From: Escherichia coli | Lineage (GTDB): Bacteria; Pseudomonadota; Gammaproteobacteria; Enterobacterales; Enterobacteriaceae | DNA: 64,000 nucleotides | Strand: one strand, 5' to 3' | Assembly: GCF_001677475.2 (NCBI RefSeq) | Contig: NZ_CP015229.1 | In this document: in pieces, positions 46,498-58,317 of the stretch | How the letters are laid out: every line of letters begins with the position of its first letter | How positions within the stretch are numbered: the stretch's first letter is position 1 | Notes under the pieces: model-generated | Seen by the model: the letters and a program-made list of their open reading frames with translations, nothing else | What the model was told of the DNA's origin: nothing | Database searches by the model: none | Translations under genes and position numbers: made by a program

Positions 46498-48009
46498 TCA
46501 GTGCACAGACAGAATGGCGGACATCAGCTCATCCACATTGACCGGCGAGTGAAACTCCTGCGAGAACGTACCGTGCTGTAATAACAGGATGCGGTCACAC
46601 ACCAGCGGCAACTCCTCCACTTCACTGGAGATAAACACCACGCTTTTTCCTTCGGCAGCCAGCTCGCGGACAATACGATAAATCTGCTGTTTGGCTTCGA
46701 TATCGACGCCACGCGTTGGCTCGTCGAGCAACAAAATCTGGCTGGCGGCATAGACCCAACGACCGATCACCACTTTTTGCTGATTGCCGCCAGAAAGCGT
46801 GCCGATGGGCGTTTCGCTACTGGCGGCCTTGACCGTCATCCGCTGCATCACCTCTTCGGTCAGGCGGCGGATGGTGGACCATTGCAGCACGCCGTTGGCG
46901 CTGATTTTTTGCCGATTGGTCAGCACTGTATTTTCGTCAACGCCCAGCCAGGGAATGATCCCCGCTTCTTTGCGGTTTTCTGGCGTATAGCCAATGCCGC
47001 GTTTCAGCATGTCGCCGTAATCGGGGTGCGTGATTTTCTCGCCGTTGATAACAATTTCGCCCTGTTCATACGCTTCCAGCCCAACTATGGCTTTCAACAA
47101 TTCACTGCGCCCTGCCCCCAGCAGGCCAGCAATGCCGAGCACTTCGCCACGACGGAGCGTAAAGCTGATATCCTCCAGCTTGGGCTTATGGCGTAATGCA
47201 CGGACTTCCAGCACGGCCTGATCGACAATTTCCTGAGGGGAAACCGGCGCAATATCAACGTGATCGCGCCCGAGCATCAGCGACACAATATGATGCGTGG
47301 AGGTGTTTTCGAGCATCACATCGCCCGCCACCTGACCATCGCGCATAACGGTGGCACAGGAGGCAATGCGGCGAATTTCTTCCATCCGGTGGCTGACATA
47401 AATCACCGCCACGCCCAGTGCCGACATCTTTTTCACCGCACTGATCACCAGTTCAACTTCTGCACTGGCAAGCGAGCTGGTGGGTTCATCAAGAATGACC
47501 ACGCGCGGCTCGCCCTTCATCACCCGTGCAATTTCCACCAGTTGCTTTTGCGCCGGGCTTAGCGTTGAAACAAGTTGTTCAGGACTAACGTCAACGCCCA
47601 GCGCCTGTAAGCAACGTTGGGCATCCTGCGCCATTTGCAGGTAATCAATCATGCCGTTGCGGCGAGGCCACCGACCGAGGCAGAGGTTTTCCGCCACCGT
47701 TAGTCCCTCCACCAGACTTAACTCCTGATAAACCGCACGAACCCCCAGTTCAGCGGCACGGCGAGTCAACGTAGCTTCGTCACCTTCCAGTCGCGTCTCG
47801 CCAATCCAGATATCACCGCTGTCCGGACGTTCGCTACCGGTAAGCATTCGAATGAGGGTCGATTTGCCCGCGCCGTTTTTACCTAACAGCGCGCGAACTT
47901 CGCCTTTATTGAGCGTAAAGTTAACGTTATCCAGCGCAACGACGCCGGGATAACGCTTATTTCCTGCCACCATTTTTGCTACCGGGACTGCCTCTGTTGC
48001 CGTGAACAT
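46498..48009 (-). CDS. yphE: Sugar ABC transporter ATPase YphE (duplicated ATP-binding domains)
   Basis: 503-aa ORF with Walker A GKNGAGKST and signature LSGGNQQK. Confidence 0.9.
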   Translation of the reverse strand: MFTATEAVPVAKMVAGNKRYPGVVALDNVNFTLNKGEVRALLGKNGAGKSTLIRMLTGSERPDSGDIWIGETRLEGDEATLTRRAAELGVRAVYQELSLVEGLTVAENLCLGRWPRRNGMIDYLQMAQDAQRCLQALGVDVSPEQLVSTLSPAQKQLVEIARVMKGEPRVVILDEPTSSLASAEVELVISAVKKMSALGVAVIYVSHRMEEIRRIASCATVMRDGQVAGDVMLENTSTHHIVSLMLGRDHVDIAPVSPQEIVDQAVLEVRALRHKPKLEDISFTLRRGEVLGIAGLLGAGRSELLKAIVGLEAYEQGEIVINGEKITHPDYGDMLKRGIGYTPENRKEAGIIPWLGVDENTVLTNRQKISANGVLQWSTIRRLTEEVMQRMTVKAASSETPIGTLSGGNQQKVVIGRWVYAASQILLLDEPTRGVDIEAKQQIYRIVRELAAEGKSVVFISSEVEELPLVCDRILLLQHGTFSQEFHSPVNVDELMSAILSVH

Positions 48010-48031
48010 AGGAACCTCTGCGAATCAGCTA

Positions 48032-49015
48032 TTAGGGCAGACCATCAACGTGCGTTGCCAGCCACTGTTTACCGTCTTCCGTTTTGGTATAGAGATCGAT
48101 AGGCACCTGAATCACTTTGTCACCGTCGGCTTGTTTATTGATAACCTTCAATGTTTGCGCAAAAACAGCATTGCCCATTTTCTTACCGGAAATATCCACC
48201 ACCGCTTTCAGCACCTGGTTATTTTCCAGTTCCTGAGCAATTTCAGTCGTCATATCCGAACCGAAAACAGCAATTTTTCCGGCCTGATTTTGATTGCGTA
48301 CCGCTTTTACCGCGCCGAGTGTCGCACCGCCCGATTCCCCCATAATGGCGTTGAGATCCGGCGTGGAGATAATCAGTTTTTCACCAACGGAAATCGCTTT
48401 ATCTAAAACAGTCCCTTCCTGATTAGCGACAATTTGCGCGCCGGGAACCCGGGCTTTTAATACTTCTTCAAACCCTTTACGTCGTTGCACACAAACTTCA
48501 AAGGCTTCGCAATTGATGACGGCAATTTTCGGCTGGTCAATTTTGTTGGCAATAAAATAATCGGCGGCAGCGTTACCCAGTTTTTTACCAAATTCCAGCG
48601 GATCGCCGACCAGATACGCCGAGACATATTTATCGACACCCTTTTGATTAATACAGGTGTTGTAGCAAATCACCGGAATACCCGCTTCACTGGCGCGACG
48701 AACGGTACGGCTACTGCCATTTTCAGACACTGCCGATAAAATAATGGCATTGACATTACGCGCCACAAGGGTATCAACAAAGGTACTTTCTTTCGAAATA
48801 TCGCCCTGGGCGTTAGTTTCTATTAACTGAACCTGTACTGAAGAATCTTTTGCTGCATCCTGAACACCCTGACGCACACCGGCATAATATCCCTGAGTAT
48901 CAAGGTATATTGCACCAATGGTCATTTCTTTATCCGCAGCCCTGGCAAATAGTGCGCTACCTAATAGCGTAGCCATTAATAATAGATTACGGGTTGTTCT
49001 CATTTTTTTAGGCAT
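48032..49015 (-). CDS. yphF: Periplasmic sugar-binding protein YphF
   Basis: 327-aa ORF with signal peptide. Confidence 0.88.
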   Translation of the reverse strand: MPKKMRTTRNLLLMATLLGSALFARAADKEMTIGAIYLDTQGYYAGVRQGVQDAAKDSSVQVQLIETNAQGDISKESTFVDTLVARNVNAIILSAVSENGSSRTVRRASEAGIPVICYNTCINQKGVDKYVSAYLVGDPLEFGKKLGNAAADYFIANKIDQPKIAVINCEAFEVCVQRRKGFEEVLKARVPGAQIVANQEGTVLDKAISVGEKLIISTPDLNAIMGESGGATLGAVKAVRNQNQAGKIAVFGSDMTTEIAQELENNQVLKAVVDISGKKMGNAVFAQTLKVINKQADGDKVIQVPIDLYTKTEDGKQWLATHVDGLP

Positions 49016-49111
49016 AGTGTCTCCTGTAGGGTTTTTATTAACAACGGCTTATTCTAATTATTTTGTGATGAGCGGCAGCGCGTGCCGCTCAAATATTACA
49101 GTTAATAGGGT

Positions 49112-52100
49112 TTAGTGAACGGAGTTAAAAATAAAAGGCATCACGGTGGTGAATAATGCCGCTTTCGGCCAGGCCGGATTAATCGCCGTCAATTCAGCGC
49201 GAACAGATTCATATTGCGCAATCTCCCCTAATCCCGCTGCCGCCAGCATCGCCACCATCAGGCATTTTTCTTTATGCTGCTGTTGTAAATCGCCATACAG
49301 CGACAATAAATCAGGTTGTGAAACAGCGAAGAAATCCGCTTCGATACTGGTTTTCGCCATCTCTTGCGCCCACTGTTTCATTTCACTAAACAGTTGCTGT
49401 GCAGTTTGCTTTTCACCCAGCAGTCGCAGCGCCATCCCTTGCCAGAAGAGATAATCAACTGGCTGATCGTTGTAATAACTGTGGATATTGATGGTGCGAT
49501 CGCCGGTCGCCGCCAGGCGTAAACAACGCGTCGCTTCAGTTTCATCGCCCTGCGCGTTGGCGCATATTGCCAGCCAGAACCAGATGTCGTTATCAGTTTG
49601 CCCCGGTAAACGGCCTTCGCTTAAATTCTCCGGATAATGCAGCGCGGCATGAAGCAGTTCACTGGCCTGCTGCGGCTCTCTGGCATCAAGATGCTGCCAG
49701 GCGCGTAATAACTGGTTGAGGATAAACTGGCTGGTGACCTTCCCTTCCCCACCTTCCCACGGGTGGAATTTGCGCGTGGCGAGAATGTCCGCCGCTTTGT
49801 TTGCCTGACCGGTGAGATGCCACAAATTGAGCAGTTCTGCGGTCATGTCGTCGCGTTTCAGCGCAATTTCCAGATTATTTTCCAGACGCGCCAGTCGTTT
49901 CTCCGGTGTGGCTCCGCTTAACTTATCCAGCAAATCCCGTTCGAAAAGCAGACGTGCATCCTGCGGCGCAAGCTGATAAGCATTATCAAGATAACGCGCG
50001 GCCAGCTCATAATCGTGTTGCTTATTCCACGCATGGATCGCTAATCCGCGCCAGCCGTCGGCAAACTCCGGCGACATCTCTACGCAACGTTGCCATAAAG
50101 TAATGGCTTTGTTGTAGCTGCGCTTGTTGTAGTAGAAGCAGGCCAGTAAATGACGGGCAAACCAGCACTCTTCAATACTCTCCAGCGCCGCCACTTCTTC
50201 CAGCGTATTCGGGAAACGGACAAACTGTGGGAAGACATCAATGGCTTTTGTGACCAGTTCGCCGCGTTCAGCTTTCGGCAGCAAGCTGGCTTGCAAGTAA
50301 AGCGGCAGCGTGCGCTGGCAGTCCAGTGCGTTCAGCATCTCTGCCGCCAGGGTGGGCATTCCCCAGTTAATCAGTTGCCCGGCGGTCATCAGGGCGTTAA
50401 CGTCGCGTCCCTGACACAGACCGCGCCACTGCGTGAGAGCTGATTCGCTACGACCATCGAACCAGTTCAGCCTCCACAGAGTGGCGTTCAGCGGATAATC
50501 GCGCAGCAGTTTCTCGCGCTGCAAACGCGCGTTGTCCTGACGACCACTTAACACCAGCAGCAGATTATGCAGGCAAAGCACTTCCTGATTGGTTGGGCAG
50601 GCGCGAAGACTTTGTTGGCAAAAATCCAGACCAGCATCGAAGTGACCATTACGCGCCGCCAGTCGTGCCAGACCATAATAGCCGCCTGCTTTACTATTGC
50701 CGCTCCAGACCGCACGCCAGAAATCCTCTTCGGCTTGTTGATATTGTCCCTGACGTTCGTAAGCACTGGCGCGAATCAAACTCGCCTGTCCGCACTGCGG
50801 ATTTTTGTTCAGCGCATGTGCGCGTTTCAGCGCCTGAGTGGCATACGCCACCGCTTGCGGGAAATCTGCGCGGTTATATTCCAGCATCGCCAGCGCCAGA
50901 TTACAGCGATAATCCAGCGGATCCAGCGCCACGCCGCGCAGGTAGTAATCGAACGGTGAACGGCTGGCGTGATGATATTGCTCCAGATGCTGACCGATAA
51001 ACCAGGCTTCATCTGTACTGGTAATGTCTTGTGCTGCCAGTGGCGCTTTGGCGACGTCCGGCAACGGCAACTCTTGCGGCTGATGTTCCTGATAACTCAG
51101 TACAATATTGCCATCCGCATCGGAAAGTTCGATGGTCATTCTGTCCGGATCAATACCGTGCAATACCCCCTGGATGGCGGTCGCTGGCGTCAGGGCAACG
51201 GCATCATCAAGTAACGCTTCGCGCTTGCCTATTTCACGGATCGCCAGTCGGTATCCGTTCAACGGGGAGATGGCATACAGCCCCCACTCAATTCCCCGCT
51301 CGCTACGCTGTAATTTAATTACCGCATCGCGGGAGGCGTTTTGCACCATGCCTAAAGAATGGTAAGGCAGGAAATACTGCTCAAAACCCTTCTCTTCGTA
51401 AGCATCAAGCCAGGTAAAATCGGGCTGGTTATCGGCAAAAATGCCGGTCATCAGCTCGATATACGGACCGTTATTGTCGGTCAGACTCTTATCCCACGCC
51501 TGGCCAAATTCACTGTGTCCCCAGCTCCACTGTTTTTTACCCGGCGCAATGTGGTGGTTGGCAACGTGTAATAAACCGCCATCTTCATCGTGACACCACG
51601 CGCCAACAAAATCGTACTGCGATTTTTCTGCCATATATGAGGTAGGAACAGGCACGTTTTTATAACGCGAAATGTCCACTCCAGCGGAGTAGTCCACTTT
51701 GTAGTAAGTGCCGGTGGCGATGGGGAAAGCGGAGACGGCCCGTTTGCCGTGATCAAAGACCGCCGTTACATCCGGTGGGAACACGCTTTGATGTCCTTCA
51801 CCCCCTTTCACTGCCGGGTTGGCCCACCACAAGAAATGACGCGGCGTGGCGTTGCCGTTATAGACGCGGCTGGCAATTTCCAGTGCCGCCCGGTCAGGGC
51901 GCAAGGTGAAACCTGTCATCACCTGTAAACCGTGCATCGGCTCCGTTTCGCCGACCCACACGGTTTGTGCGCCGTCTTCATGGGCTTCGAGGGTGAAATC
52001 GACGGGCATAAAGGTGGTCGGGCGATGGTGTTGCGGCCAGTTAAACTCAATCCCGCCGGAGATCCACGGCCCCAGCAGCCCCACCAGCGCCGGTTTAATG

Positions 52101-52393
52101 ACTTCATTATGATAGACAAAATCGCGCTGTTTCACTTTATCCCACGCGCGATGCACCCGACCGCCCAGCTCCGGCAGGATCATCACTTTGATGTAGTCGT
52201 TTTCCAGCCACACCGCCTGCCAGGATTTCAGGGTTTTCTGCTCGCTCAGCGTATCGGTCACGCCGTAGGGATAAACCGCGCCGGACGATCCCTGATAAAC
52301 GCGATTTTCCAGGAACATAGGATGTATATCCTGCGGCCCGGTTTCATAGGTCGGGATCTCAACGCGCTCTTGCCACACTTTTACTGGAGTCAT
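49112..52393 (-). CDS. yphG: YphG, large protein with C-terminal TPR-like repeats, function unknown
   Basis: Long ORF; the track start at 52486 is a TTG, the first ATG (MTPVKVWQ) is at 52393; true start unresolved. Confidence 0.8.
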   Translation of the reverse strand: MTPVKVWQERVEIPTYETGPQDIHPMFLENRVYQGSSGAVYPYGVTDTLSEQKTLKSWQAVWLENDYIKVMILPELGGRVHRAWDKVKQRDFVYHNEVIKPALVGLLGPWISGGIEFNWPQHHRPTTFMPVDFTLEAHEDGAQTVWVGETEPMHGLQVMTGFTLRPDRAALEIASRVYNGNATPRHFLWWANPAVKGGEGHQSVFPPDVTAVFDHGKRAVSAFPIATGTYYKVDYSAGVDISRYKNVPVPTSYMAEKSQYDFVGAWCHDEDGGLLHVANHHIAPGKKQWSWGHSEFGQAWDKSLTDNNGPYIELMTGIFADNQPDFTWLDAYEEKGFEQYFLPYHSLGMVQNASRDAVIKLQRSERGIEWGLYAISPLNGYRLAIREIGKREALLDDAVALTPATAIQGVLHGIDPDRMTIELSDADGNIVLSYQEHQPQELPLPDVAKAPLAAQDITSTDEAWFIGQHLEQYHHASRSPFDYYLRGVALDPLDYRCNLALAMLEYNRADFPQAVAYATQALKRAHALNKNPQCGQASLIRASAYERQGQYQQAEEDFWRAVWSGNSKAGGYYGLARLAARNGHFDAGLDFCQQSLRACPTNQEVLCLHNLLLVLSGRQDNARLQREKLLRDYPLNATLWRLNWFDGRSESALTQWRGLCQGRDVNALMTAGQLINWGMPTLAAEMLNALDCQRTLPLYLQASLLPKAERGELVTKAIDVFPQFVRFPNTLEEVAALESIEECWFARHLLACFYYNKRSYNKAITLWQRCVEMSPEFADGWRGLAIHAWNKQHDYELAARYLDNAYQLAPQDARLLFERDLLDKLSGATPEKRLARLENNLEIALKRDDMTAELLNLWHLTGQANKAADILATRKFHPWEGGEGKVTSQFILNQLLRAWQHLDAREPQQASELLHAALHYPENLSEGRLPGQTDNDIWFWLAICANAQGDETEATRCLRLAATGDRTINIHSYYNDQPVDYLFWQGMALRLLGEKQTAQQLFSEMKQWAQEMAKTSIEADFFAVSQPDLLSLYGDLQQQHKEKCLMVAMLAAAGLGEIAQYESVRAELTAINPAWPKAALFTTVMPFIFNSVH

Positions 52394-52510
52394 GGTGCCC
52401 TCAATATTAACAAGACATACTGAATTAAAAGATTTGTGGCAGTGTATTGAACAATCTGGCAATGTTTTCGCGGAATAATCACGCAATTAACTAAACAAGG
52501 TTTAGTAAAG

Positions 52511-53704
52511 ATGAGAGCCTGCATTAACAATCAACAGATCCGCCACCATAACAAATGCGTGATTCTGGAACTGCTGTACCGGCAAAAGCGCGCCAATAAA
52601 TCAACGCTGGCCCGGCTGGCGCAAATTTCGATTCCGGCGGTCAGTAATATTTTGCAGGAGCTGGAAAACGAAAAACGGGTGGTGAATATCGATGATGAAA
52701 GCCAGACGCGCGGGCATAGTAGCGGTACATGGCTGATTGCGCCGGAAGGTGACTGGACGCTGTGTCTGAACGTGACGCCCACCAGTATTGAGTGTCAGGT
52801 TGCTAATGCTTGTTTAAGTCCGAAAGGTGAATTTGAGTATTTACAGATTGATGCACCGACGCCGCAGGCGCTGCTGTCCGAAATCGAAAAATGCTGGCAT
52901 CGCCACCGTAAATTGTGGCCGGGTCGTACCATCAATCTGGCGCTGGCAATCCACGGTCAGGTTGATCCAGTGACCGGTGTGTCGCAAACCATGCCGCAAG
53001 CGCCGTGGACAACGCCGGTTGAGGTAAAGTATCTGCTGGAAGAGAAGCTCGGCATTCGGGTGATGGTCGATAATGACTGCGTGATGCTGGCGCTGGCGGA
53101 GAAATGGCAAAATAATTCGCAGGGCCGGGATTTCTGCGTGATCAACGTTGATTACGGCATTGGCTCGTCGTTCGTGATTAACGAGCAAATTTATCGCGGC
53201 AGTTTGTATGGTAGCGGACAGATTGGTCACACCATCGTTAACCCGGATGGCGTCGTCTGCGACTGCGGACGTTATGGCTGCCTGGAAACCGTCGCCTCGT
53301 TAAGCGCATTAAAAAAACAGGCGCGGGTATGGCTAAAATCACAACCGGTTAATACTCAGCTTGATCCTGAAAAACTGACTACCGCGCAGTTAATCGCTGC
53401 CTGGCAGAGTGGAGAACCGTGGATCACCAGTTGGGTTGATCGCTCTGCCAACGCCATTGGTTTGAGTCTGTATAACTTCCTCAACATCCTCAATATTAAT
53501 CAGATTTGGTTGTACGGTCGCAGTTGTGCCTTTGGTGAGCACTGGCTTAATACCATTATTCGCCAGACGGGATTTAACCCGTTCGACCGCGACGAAGGAC
53601 CGAGCGTGAAAGCAACGCAAATTGGCTTCGGGCAATTAAGCCGCGCACAACAGGTGCTGGGGATTGGCTATTTGTATGTTGAGACGCAGTTACGACAGAT
53701 TTGA
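52511..53704 (+). CDS. yphH: ROK/NagC-family transcriptional regulator YphH
   Basis: 397-aa ORF with N-terminal HTH and ROK cysteine motif CDCGRYGCLE. Confidence 0.88.
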   Translation: MRACINNQQIRHHNKCVILELLYRQKRANKSTLARLAQISIPAVSNILQELENEKRVVNIDDESQTRGHSSGTWLIAPEGDWTLCLNVTPTSIECQVANACLSPKGEFEYLQIDAPTPQALLSEIEKCWHRHRKLWPGRTINLALAIHGQVDPVTGVSQTMPQAPWTTPVEVKYLLEEKLGIRVMVDNDCVMLALAEKWQNNSQGRDFCVINVDYGIGSSFVINEQIYRGSLYGSGQIGHTIVNPDGVVCDCGRYGCLETVASLSALKKQARVWLKSQPVNTQLDPEKLTTAQLIAAWQSGEPWITSWVDRSANAIGLSLYNFLNILNINQIWLYGRSCAFGEHWLNTIIRQTGFNPFDRDEGPSVKATQIGFGQLSRAQQVLGIGYLYVETQLRQI

Positions 53705-53720
53705 TGGCGCGATAACGTAG

Positions 53721-53748
53721 AAAGGCTTCCCGAAGGAAGCCTTTTTTC
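53721..53748. terminator. Bidirectional rho-independent terminator between yphH and glyA
   Basis: aaggcttcc-cgaa-ggaagcctt followed by TTTTT. Confidence 0.6.
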
Positions 53749-53767
53749 AACAGATTAACCGTTTCGC

Positions 53768-55021
53768 TTATGCGTAAACCGGGTAACGTGCGCAGATGTC
53801 GAGAACTTTACCTTTGATACGCTCGATAACGGCTTCATCATTGATGCTGTCCAGCACGTCACACATCCAGCCAGCCAGTTCTTTCGCTTCTGCTTCTTTG
53901 AAGCCGCGACGCGTAATCGCCGGAGTACCCACGCGAATACCGGAGGTCACAAACGGGCTCTTCGGATCGTTCGGTACGCTGTTTTTGTTGACGGTGATGT
54001 TAGCACGGCCCAGAGCGGCGTCTGCTTCTTTACCGGTCAGGTTTTTATCAACCAGATCAACCAGGAACAGGTGGTTATCAGTGCCGCCGGAAACCACTTT
54101 GTAGCCGCGTTCCAGGAACACTTCTACCATCGCTTTAGCGTTTTTAGCGACCTGCTGCTGGTAAGTTTTGAACTCAGGCTCCATCGCTTCTTTCAGAGCA
54201 ACCGCTTTACCGGCGATTACGTGCATCAAAGGACCGCCCTGACCACCAGGGAAAACGGCAGAGTTCAGTTTTTTGTACAGCTCTTCGCTACCACCTTTCG
54301 CCAGGATCAGACCGCCGCGCGGACCCGCCAGGGTTTTGTGAGTGGTGGTAGTAACAACGTGAGCATGAGGAACTGGGTTCGGGTAGACGCCAGCAGCAAC
54401 CAGGCCCGCAACGTGCGCCATATCAACGAACAGGTAAGCACCGATGCTGTCAGCGATTTCACGCATTTTCGCCCAGTCCACCACGCCGGAATATGCAGAG
54501 AAGCCACCGATAATCATTTTCGGTTTGTGTTCTTTGGCTTGTTTTTCCAGATCGGCGTAGTCGATATGACCGGTAGCATCGATACCGTAAGGAACGATGT
54601 TGTACAGTTTACCGGAGAAGTTAACCGGAGAACCGTGAGTCAGGTGACCGCCATGCGCCAGGTTCATACCCAGAACGGTATCACCTGGTTCCAGCAGCGC
54701 GGTGTAGACCGCAAAGTTAGCCTGGGAGCCGGAGTGCGGCTGGACGTTAGCGTAGTCAGCGCCGAACAGTTCTTTCGCACGATCGATCGCCAGTTGTTCA
54801 ACGATATCAACATACTCGCAACCGCCGTAGTAGCGTTTGCCCGGATAACCTTCAGCATATTTGTTGGTCAGCTGAGAACCCTGCGCCTGCATTACGCGCG
54901 GGCTGGTGTAGTTTTCGGAGGCGATCAGTTCGATGTGCTCTTCCTGACGTACTTTTTCCTGCTCCATAGCCTGCCACAGTTCGGCATCATAATCGGCAAT
55001 GTTCATTTCACGCTTTAACAT
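53768..55021 (-). CDS. glyA: Serine hydroxymethyltransferase
   Basis: 417 aa from [15 protein letters not shown] motif [14 protein letters not shown]. Confidence 0.95.
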
Positions 55022-55348
55022 CCGCATCTCCTGACTCAGCTAACAATAAAATTTTTGGCCTTTATAGGCGGTCCTGTTGGACAACGGCGAACAGTATAAC
55101 CGAATCATTGTGCGATAACAGGTCTTGACAAAGGAATTTACGCAAACGATTACCTTCAGGCTGCGCAAGGCTTTGGAGAATAAAGAGCTTGCAACCGGAA
55201 ACGGATTTCTTTTCAGGTTTGTGATGCAAATTTTTCACTTCATCACATTCTTTCTGAAAAACACCAAAGAACCATTTACATTGCAGGGCGATTTTTTATA
55301 AGATGCATTTGAGATACATCAATTAAGATGCAAAAAAAGGAAGACCAT

Positions 55349-56539
55349 ATGCTTGACGCTCAAACCATCGCTACAGTAAAAGCCACCATCCCTTTACTGG
55401 TGGAAACGGGGCCAAAGTTAACCGCCCATTTCTACGACCGTATGTTTACTCATAACCCAGAACTCAAAGAAATTTTTAACATGAGTAACCAGCGTAATGG
55501 CGATCAACGTGAAGCCCTGTTTAACGCCATTGCCGCCTACGCCAGTAATATTGAAAACCTGCCTGCGCTGCTGCCAGCCGTAGAAAAAATCGCTCAGAAG
55601 CACACCAGCTTCCAGATCAAACCGGAACAGTACAACATCGTCGGTGAACACCTGTTGGCGACCCTGGACGAAATGTTCAGCCCGGGGCAGGAAGTGCTGG
55701 ACGCGTGGGGTAAAGCCTATGGCGTACTGGCTAATGTATTTATCAATCGCGAGGCGGAAATCTATAACGAAAACGCCAGCAAAGCCGGTGGCTGGGAAGG
55801 TACTCGCGATTTCCGCATTGTGGCTAAAACACCGCGCAGCGCGCTTATCACCAGCTTCGAACTGGAGCCGGTCGACGGTGGCGCAGTGGCAGAATACCGT
55901 CCGGGGCAATATCTCGGCGTCTGGCTGAAGCCGGAAGGTTTCCCGCATCAGGAAATTCGTCAGTACTCTTTAACTCGCAAACCGGATGGCAAAGGCTATC
56001 GTATTGCGGTGAAACGCGAAGAGGGTGGGCAGGTATCCAACTGGCTGCACAATCACGCCAATGTTGGCGATGTCGTGAAACTGGTCGCTCCGGCAGGTGA
56101 TTTCTTTATGGCTGTGGCGGATGACACGCCGGTGACGTTAATCTCTGCTGGTGTCGGCCAGACGCCAATGCTGGCAATGCTCGACACACTGGCAAAAGCA
56201 GGCCACACAGCACAAGTGAACTGGTTCCATGCGGCAGAAAATGGCGATGTTCACGCCTTTGCCGATGAAGTTAAGGAACTGGGGCAGTCACTGCCGCGCT
56301 TTACCGCGCACACCTGGTATCGCCAGCCGAGCGAAGCCGATCGCGCTAAAGGTCAGTTTGATAGCGAAGGTCTGATGGATTTGAGCAAACTGGAAGGTAC
56401 GTTCAGCGATCCGACAATGCAGTTCTATCTCTGCGGCCCGGTTGGCTTCATGCAGTTTGCCGCGAAACAATTAGTGGACCTGGGCGTGAAACAGGAAAAC
56501 ATTCATTACGAATGCTTTGGCCCGCATAAGGTGCTGTGA
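55349..56539 (+). CDS. hmp: Flavohemoprotein (nitric oxide dioxygenase) Hmp
   Basis: 396 aa from [17 protein letters not shown]; globin, FAD and NAD domains. Confidence 0.95.
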   Translation: MLDAQTIATVKATIPLLVETGPKLTAHFYDRMFTHNPELKEIFNMSNQRNGDQREALFNAIAAYASNIENLPALLPAVEKIAQKHTSFQIKPEQYNIVGEHLLATLDEMFSPGQEVLDAWGKAYGVLANVFINREAEIYNENASKAGGWEGTRDFRIVAKTPRSALITSFELEPVDGGAVAEYRPGQYLGVWLKPEGFPHQEIRQYSLTRKPDGKGYRIAVKREEGGQVSNWLHNHANVGDVVKLVAPAGDFFMAVADDTPVTLISAGVGQTPMLAMLDTLAKAGHTAQVNWFHAAENGDVHAFADEVKELGQSLPRFTAHTWYRQPSEADRAKGQFDSEGLMDLSKLEGTFSDPTMQFYLCGPVGFMQFAAKQLVDLGVKQENIHYECFGPHKVL

Positions 56540-56545
56540 TTTGAT

Positions 56546-56571
56546 GTTGCCGGATGGAAACATCCGGCAAC
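56546..56571. terminator. Hairpin between hmp and glnB (terminator-like, no clear T-run)
   Basis: gttgccggatg-gaaa-catccggcaac. Confidence 0.3.
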
Positions 56572-56583
56572 CCTTGACGCGGT

Positions 56584-56958
<375 letters not shown>

Positions 56959-56982
56959 CTAAACGTAACACATAACGCCAAT

Positions 56983-58317
56983 TCATTCCTTGAAATCGTT
57001 TGCATCCAGCTCGTGTCGGGAAAGCAGTTTATAAAATTCTGTCCGGTTGCGCCCCGCCATTCTCGCCGCGTGGGTGACGTTGCCTTTGGTGATTTGCAGC
57101 AGCTTACGCAAATAATTGAGTTCAAACTGATTACGTGCCTCAACAAAGGTTGGCAGCGCCGTATTTTCACCCTCCAGCGCCTGCTCCACCAGCGCATCAC
57201 TAATCACCGGAGATGAGGTCAGCGCCACGCACTGTTCAATCACGTTGACCAACTGGCGCACATTACCCGGCCAGCTCGCGGTCATCAGGCGTTTCATCGC
57301 ATCGGTAGAGAATGCGCGGACAAACGGTTTATGTCGCTCTGCCGCCTGGCGCAACAGGTGATTTGCCAGTAGCGGAATGTCTTCTGTGCGCTCTGCCAGA
57401 GCCGGAATTTTCAGGCTGACAACGTTGAGGCGGTAATAGAGATCTTCACGGAATTCCCCGCGCGCCATCGCTTTTGGCAGGTCGCGGTGAGTGGCGGAAA
57501 TAATCCGCACGTCGATATCAATATCGCGGTTACTGCCCAGCGGGCGCACTTTACGCTCCTGCAACACGCGCAGCAGTTTGACCTGCAACGGTGTGGGCAT
57601 ATCGCCAATCTCATCGAGAAATAGCGTACCGCCTTCCGCCGCCTGGAATAAACCTTCGCGATTGCTGACAGCACCAGTAAACGCGCCACGCGCATGACCA
57701 AACAGCTCCGACTCCAGCAATTGCTCGGGCAATGCGCCACAGTTAATAGCAATAAATGGTTTGCTGTTGCGCGGGCTGGCGTTGTGGATAGCCTGGGCGA
57801 AAATCTCTTTCCCGGTGCCGCTCTGGCCATTAATCAGCACGCTGACGTCTGATTGCGCCACCAGCCGCGCCTGTTCCAGCAAACGCAGCATCAGCGGGCT
57901 GCGGGTGACAATCGCCTCGCGCCAGCGTTCGTCGGTAGCAGGCGCGGATTGTTCCAGCGCATCGTCAATTGCCTGATATAGCGCGTCTTTATCGACAGGC
58001 TTGGTGAGGAAACTAAAAACGCCCTGCTGTGTTGCAGCAACGGCATCGGGGATAGAACCATGCGCAGTAAGAATAATTACTGGCATTCCAGGCTGCACTT
58101 TCTGGATTTCAGCAAACAGCTGCATACCGTCCATTTCATCCATCCGCAGGTCGCTGATGACTAAATCTACTTTTTCGCGATTCAGTACCCGTAATCCTTC
58201 AGCGCCACTCTCCGCCGTGACCACGCTGTAGCCTTCGCTGGTCAGGCGCAGGCCAAGCAGTTTCAGCAATCCCGGATCGTCATCGACCAATAATAAATGC
58301 GCAGGTTTATGGCTCAT
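56983..58317 (-). CDS. glrR: Sigma54-dependent response regulator GlrR (QseF/YfhA)
   Basis: Start [14 protein letters not shown] gives 444 aa; AAA+ motif GESGTGKE, GAFTGA loop. Confidence 0.93.
   Translation of the reverse strand: MSHKPAHLLLVDDDPGLLKLLGLRLTSEGYSVVTAESGAEGLRVLNREKVDLVISDLRMDEMDGMQLFAEIQKVQPGMPVIILTAHGSIPDAVAATQQGVFSFLTKPVDKDALYQAIDDALEQSAPATDERWREAIVTRSPLMLRLLEQARLVAQSDVSVLINGQSGTGKEIFAQAIHNASPRNSKPFIAINCGALPEQLLESELFGHARGAFTGAVSNREGLFQAAEGGTLFLDEIGDMPTPLQVKLLRVLQERKVRPLGSNRDIDIDVRIISATHRDLPKAMARGEFREDLYYRLNVVSLKIPALAERTEDIPLLANHLLRQAAERHKPFVRAFSTDAMKRLMTASWPGNVRQLVNVIEQCVALTSSPVISDALVEQALEGENTALPTFVEARNQFELNYLRKLLQITKGNVTHAARMAGRNRTEFYKLLSRHELDANDFKE

Noticed and set aside
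54071..55018. 315-aa plus-strand ORF
   Set aside because: Lies entirely antisense to glyA, has no recognisable protein features, and glyA is the conserved gene; shadow ORF.
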